Source: Selaginella moellendorffii
Taxonomy: Eukaryota > Plantae > Lycopodiophyta
Direction: 5' to 3'
NCBI RefSeq assembly: GCF_000143415.4
Contig: NW_003314330.1
Coordinates: forward strand, 960,089 to 1,024,088
Length of the DNA stretch: 64,000 nt
Below, in pieces: positions 62,675 through 64,000 of this stretch (the stretch's first letter is position 1; each line of letters begins with the position of its first letter). The translations under genes and the position numbers were made by a program. Under the pieces are notes generated by a model, which had not been told where the DNA came from, made no database searches, and saw only the letters and a list, made by a program, of their open reading frames with translations.

Positions 62675-63608
62675 ATGGAGTTCTGTGCGTGCGTGAGAGC
62701 TAGCGAAGAAGTGGCGGCTATGTTTCCATGAGGAGCTCTAGTAAAGATCAAGAAGCCTTTACTCACTGCCATCGTCATCAACGAGCGCTTCATCCAGCCA
62801 TCGCTCGTGGTTGCTTTTCCCGACGATGTCAGCTTCATTGTTGGCATGCTCTTGATCCAGCAGCAGCAGCAGCGCGACACTAGTGTCTTGTCCAACATCT
62901 CTTCCCAGGTTCTTCTCTACATCGGGATGGTGGACACGCCGATTCAAGGGGCGAATGCAGCCCTGGACGGGGATAAGTTTCACGTCAAGAGTCTCTTCCG
63001 AAAGGCCAGTGCTTTGAAGGCCATTGGAGAGTATACTCAAGCCGTGGAGTGCTTCGAGCTGGCTTTGTCACGGTGAGAGGAGGACCCTGTTGCTCTTAGC
63101 AATGCAAGGGATCGATGCTGCTCTGGCTGAGTGCCGGTTCTTCCAGGAGCAGAGCGAGACAGGGGGGCCATACGACATCACCAGTTCTTCTCCGGTGGCT
63201 TGAAGCCACAGTTGGCGCCATGCTGACTTTGTCGGTCCTGTGGAGATCAAAGCTAGCAAGCGTGGACGTGGTGGTTTCTTCCTGAAATAAGACATGAAGA
63301 TGGGCCAGGTTCTCGTTGTGAGCAATCCAATTGCGATGCTCTACTTCACAGGCATAGAAGATGTAAAGGTAGAGGTCGTGAGAGCTTGCATGGGATCATC
63401 CAAGGCACTGGTACAGCTCAACTCACTCGCAGACTGTCTTGACAAAGTGCCAGAGATCCCAGATATGGATATGTCAAAGCCCAACGTCTCACATACCAGC
63501 CTAGTCCCTCTTGCCCTGGCTTTCCCAATACATCCTCCAAGAGAAACCAAAATGACCGAATGCTCGACCAATCTTCCAAAGGATCAATCTGATGCAGCTT
63601 CTCATTAG
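62675..63608 (+). pseudogene. TPR plus SET-domain methyltransferase pseudogene
   Basis: KSLFRKASALKAIGEYTQAVECF (TPR), EQSETG.YD, DFVGPVEIK...RGRGGF, GQVLVVSNPIA (SET N-terminus). Several stops and frameshifts. Confidence 0.6.
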
Positions 63609-64000
63609 GCCAGTGGACTTCTGGGCTTCAAGTCTCTGGCTGCTTAGATGAAAGTTTGTTTACTTAACATCTCTCTTGGAAAGGTTTGGGTGGCACAAAC
63701 GGTTGAAGACTTGAGTGTTGAAGAAGAGTTCATGTGGTCTTACTTCTACACTACTACCTTGCTCCACTACTATCAAGAGAGAAATGTAAGTAATTAAAGA
63801 TAATGACTTGAAAAATAATTTATAATAATTTAAATATAAAAAGAAAGGGCTCATGAATGGTTAAAGGTTTTCTTTTTGAGATCAAATACATGAAGAGATT
63901 TTATTTTGGGATTTACACATATATAATGTCATTTTAAGAATGATTTGGCTAGAACTAATGGTGTATACCCTTTTCCTTTTAAGATAAAAAACGTTCATCA

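Overview
Compact, gene-dense land-plant genomic DNA with very short introns (about 50-70 nt) and single-exon PLS-class PPR genes. The style suggests a lycophyte such as Selaginella; this is an inference. Family assignments come from remembered motifs, not database searches. Left arm (1-12.4 kb): PPR 3' end, a mosaic of gene fragments, UVR/SnoaL protein, EMB2737-like plastid protein, REI1-like, Gly-rich 2xRRM protein, decayed dirigent-like gene and a CCCH-LOTUS-RRM protein. Middle (12.9-50.3 kb): a tandemly triplicated defence-type cassette (PPR, DMR6-like 2-ODD, secreted jacalin, PR-1, DUF740/OCTOPUS-like, PP2C and NCL fragments) with reciprocal pseudogenisation. Unit 1 is split by a hAT remnant and a 17-kb nest of LTR elements: a decayed Ty3/gypsy chromovirus, a solo LTR, a non-coding LARD-like element and two 5S-rRNA-carrying Cassandra TRIMs. 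Four insertions have unambiguous 5-bp TSDs; the fifth sits in a poly-C tract. Right arm (51.8-64 kb): UPF0426, RID3/WDR18, an unusual Dicer-like gene, ALG9, PLAC8, F-box and a TPR-SET pseudogene. Most notable: (1) an intact DCL1-derived, helicase-less, PAZ-reduced Dicer whose RNase IIIb catalytic Glu is Gln; (2) a covarying structured RNA (T-loop hairpins plus pseudoknot) shared by two different retroelements; (3) Cassandra cis-signals that match the chromovirus they sit in; (4) the triplicated 2-ODD/jacalin/PR-1 cassette.
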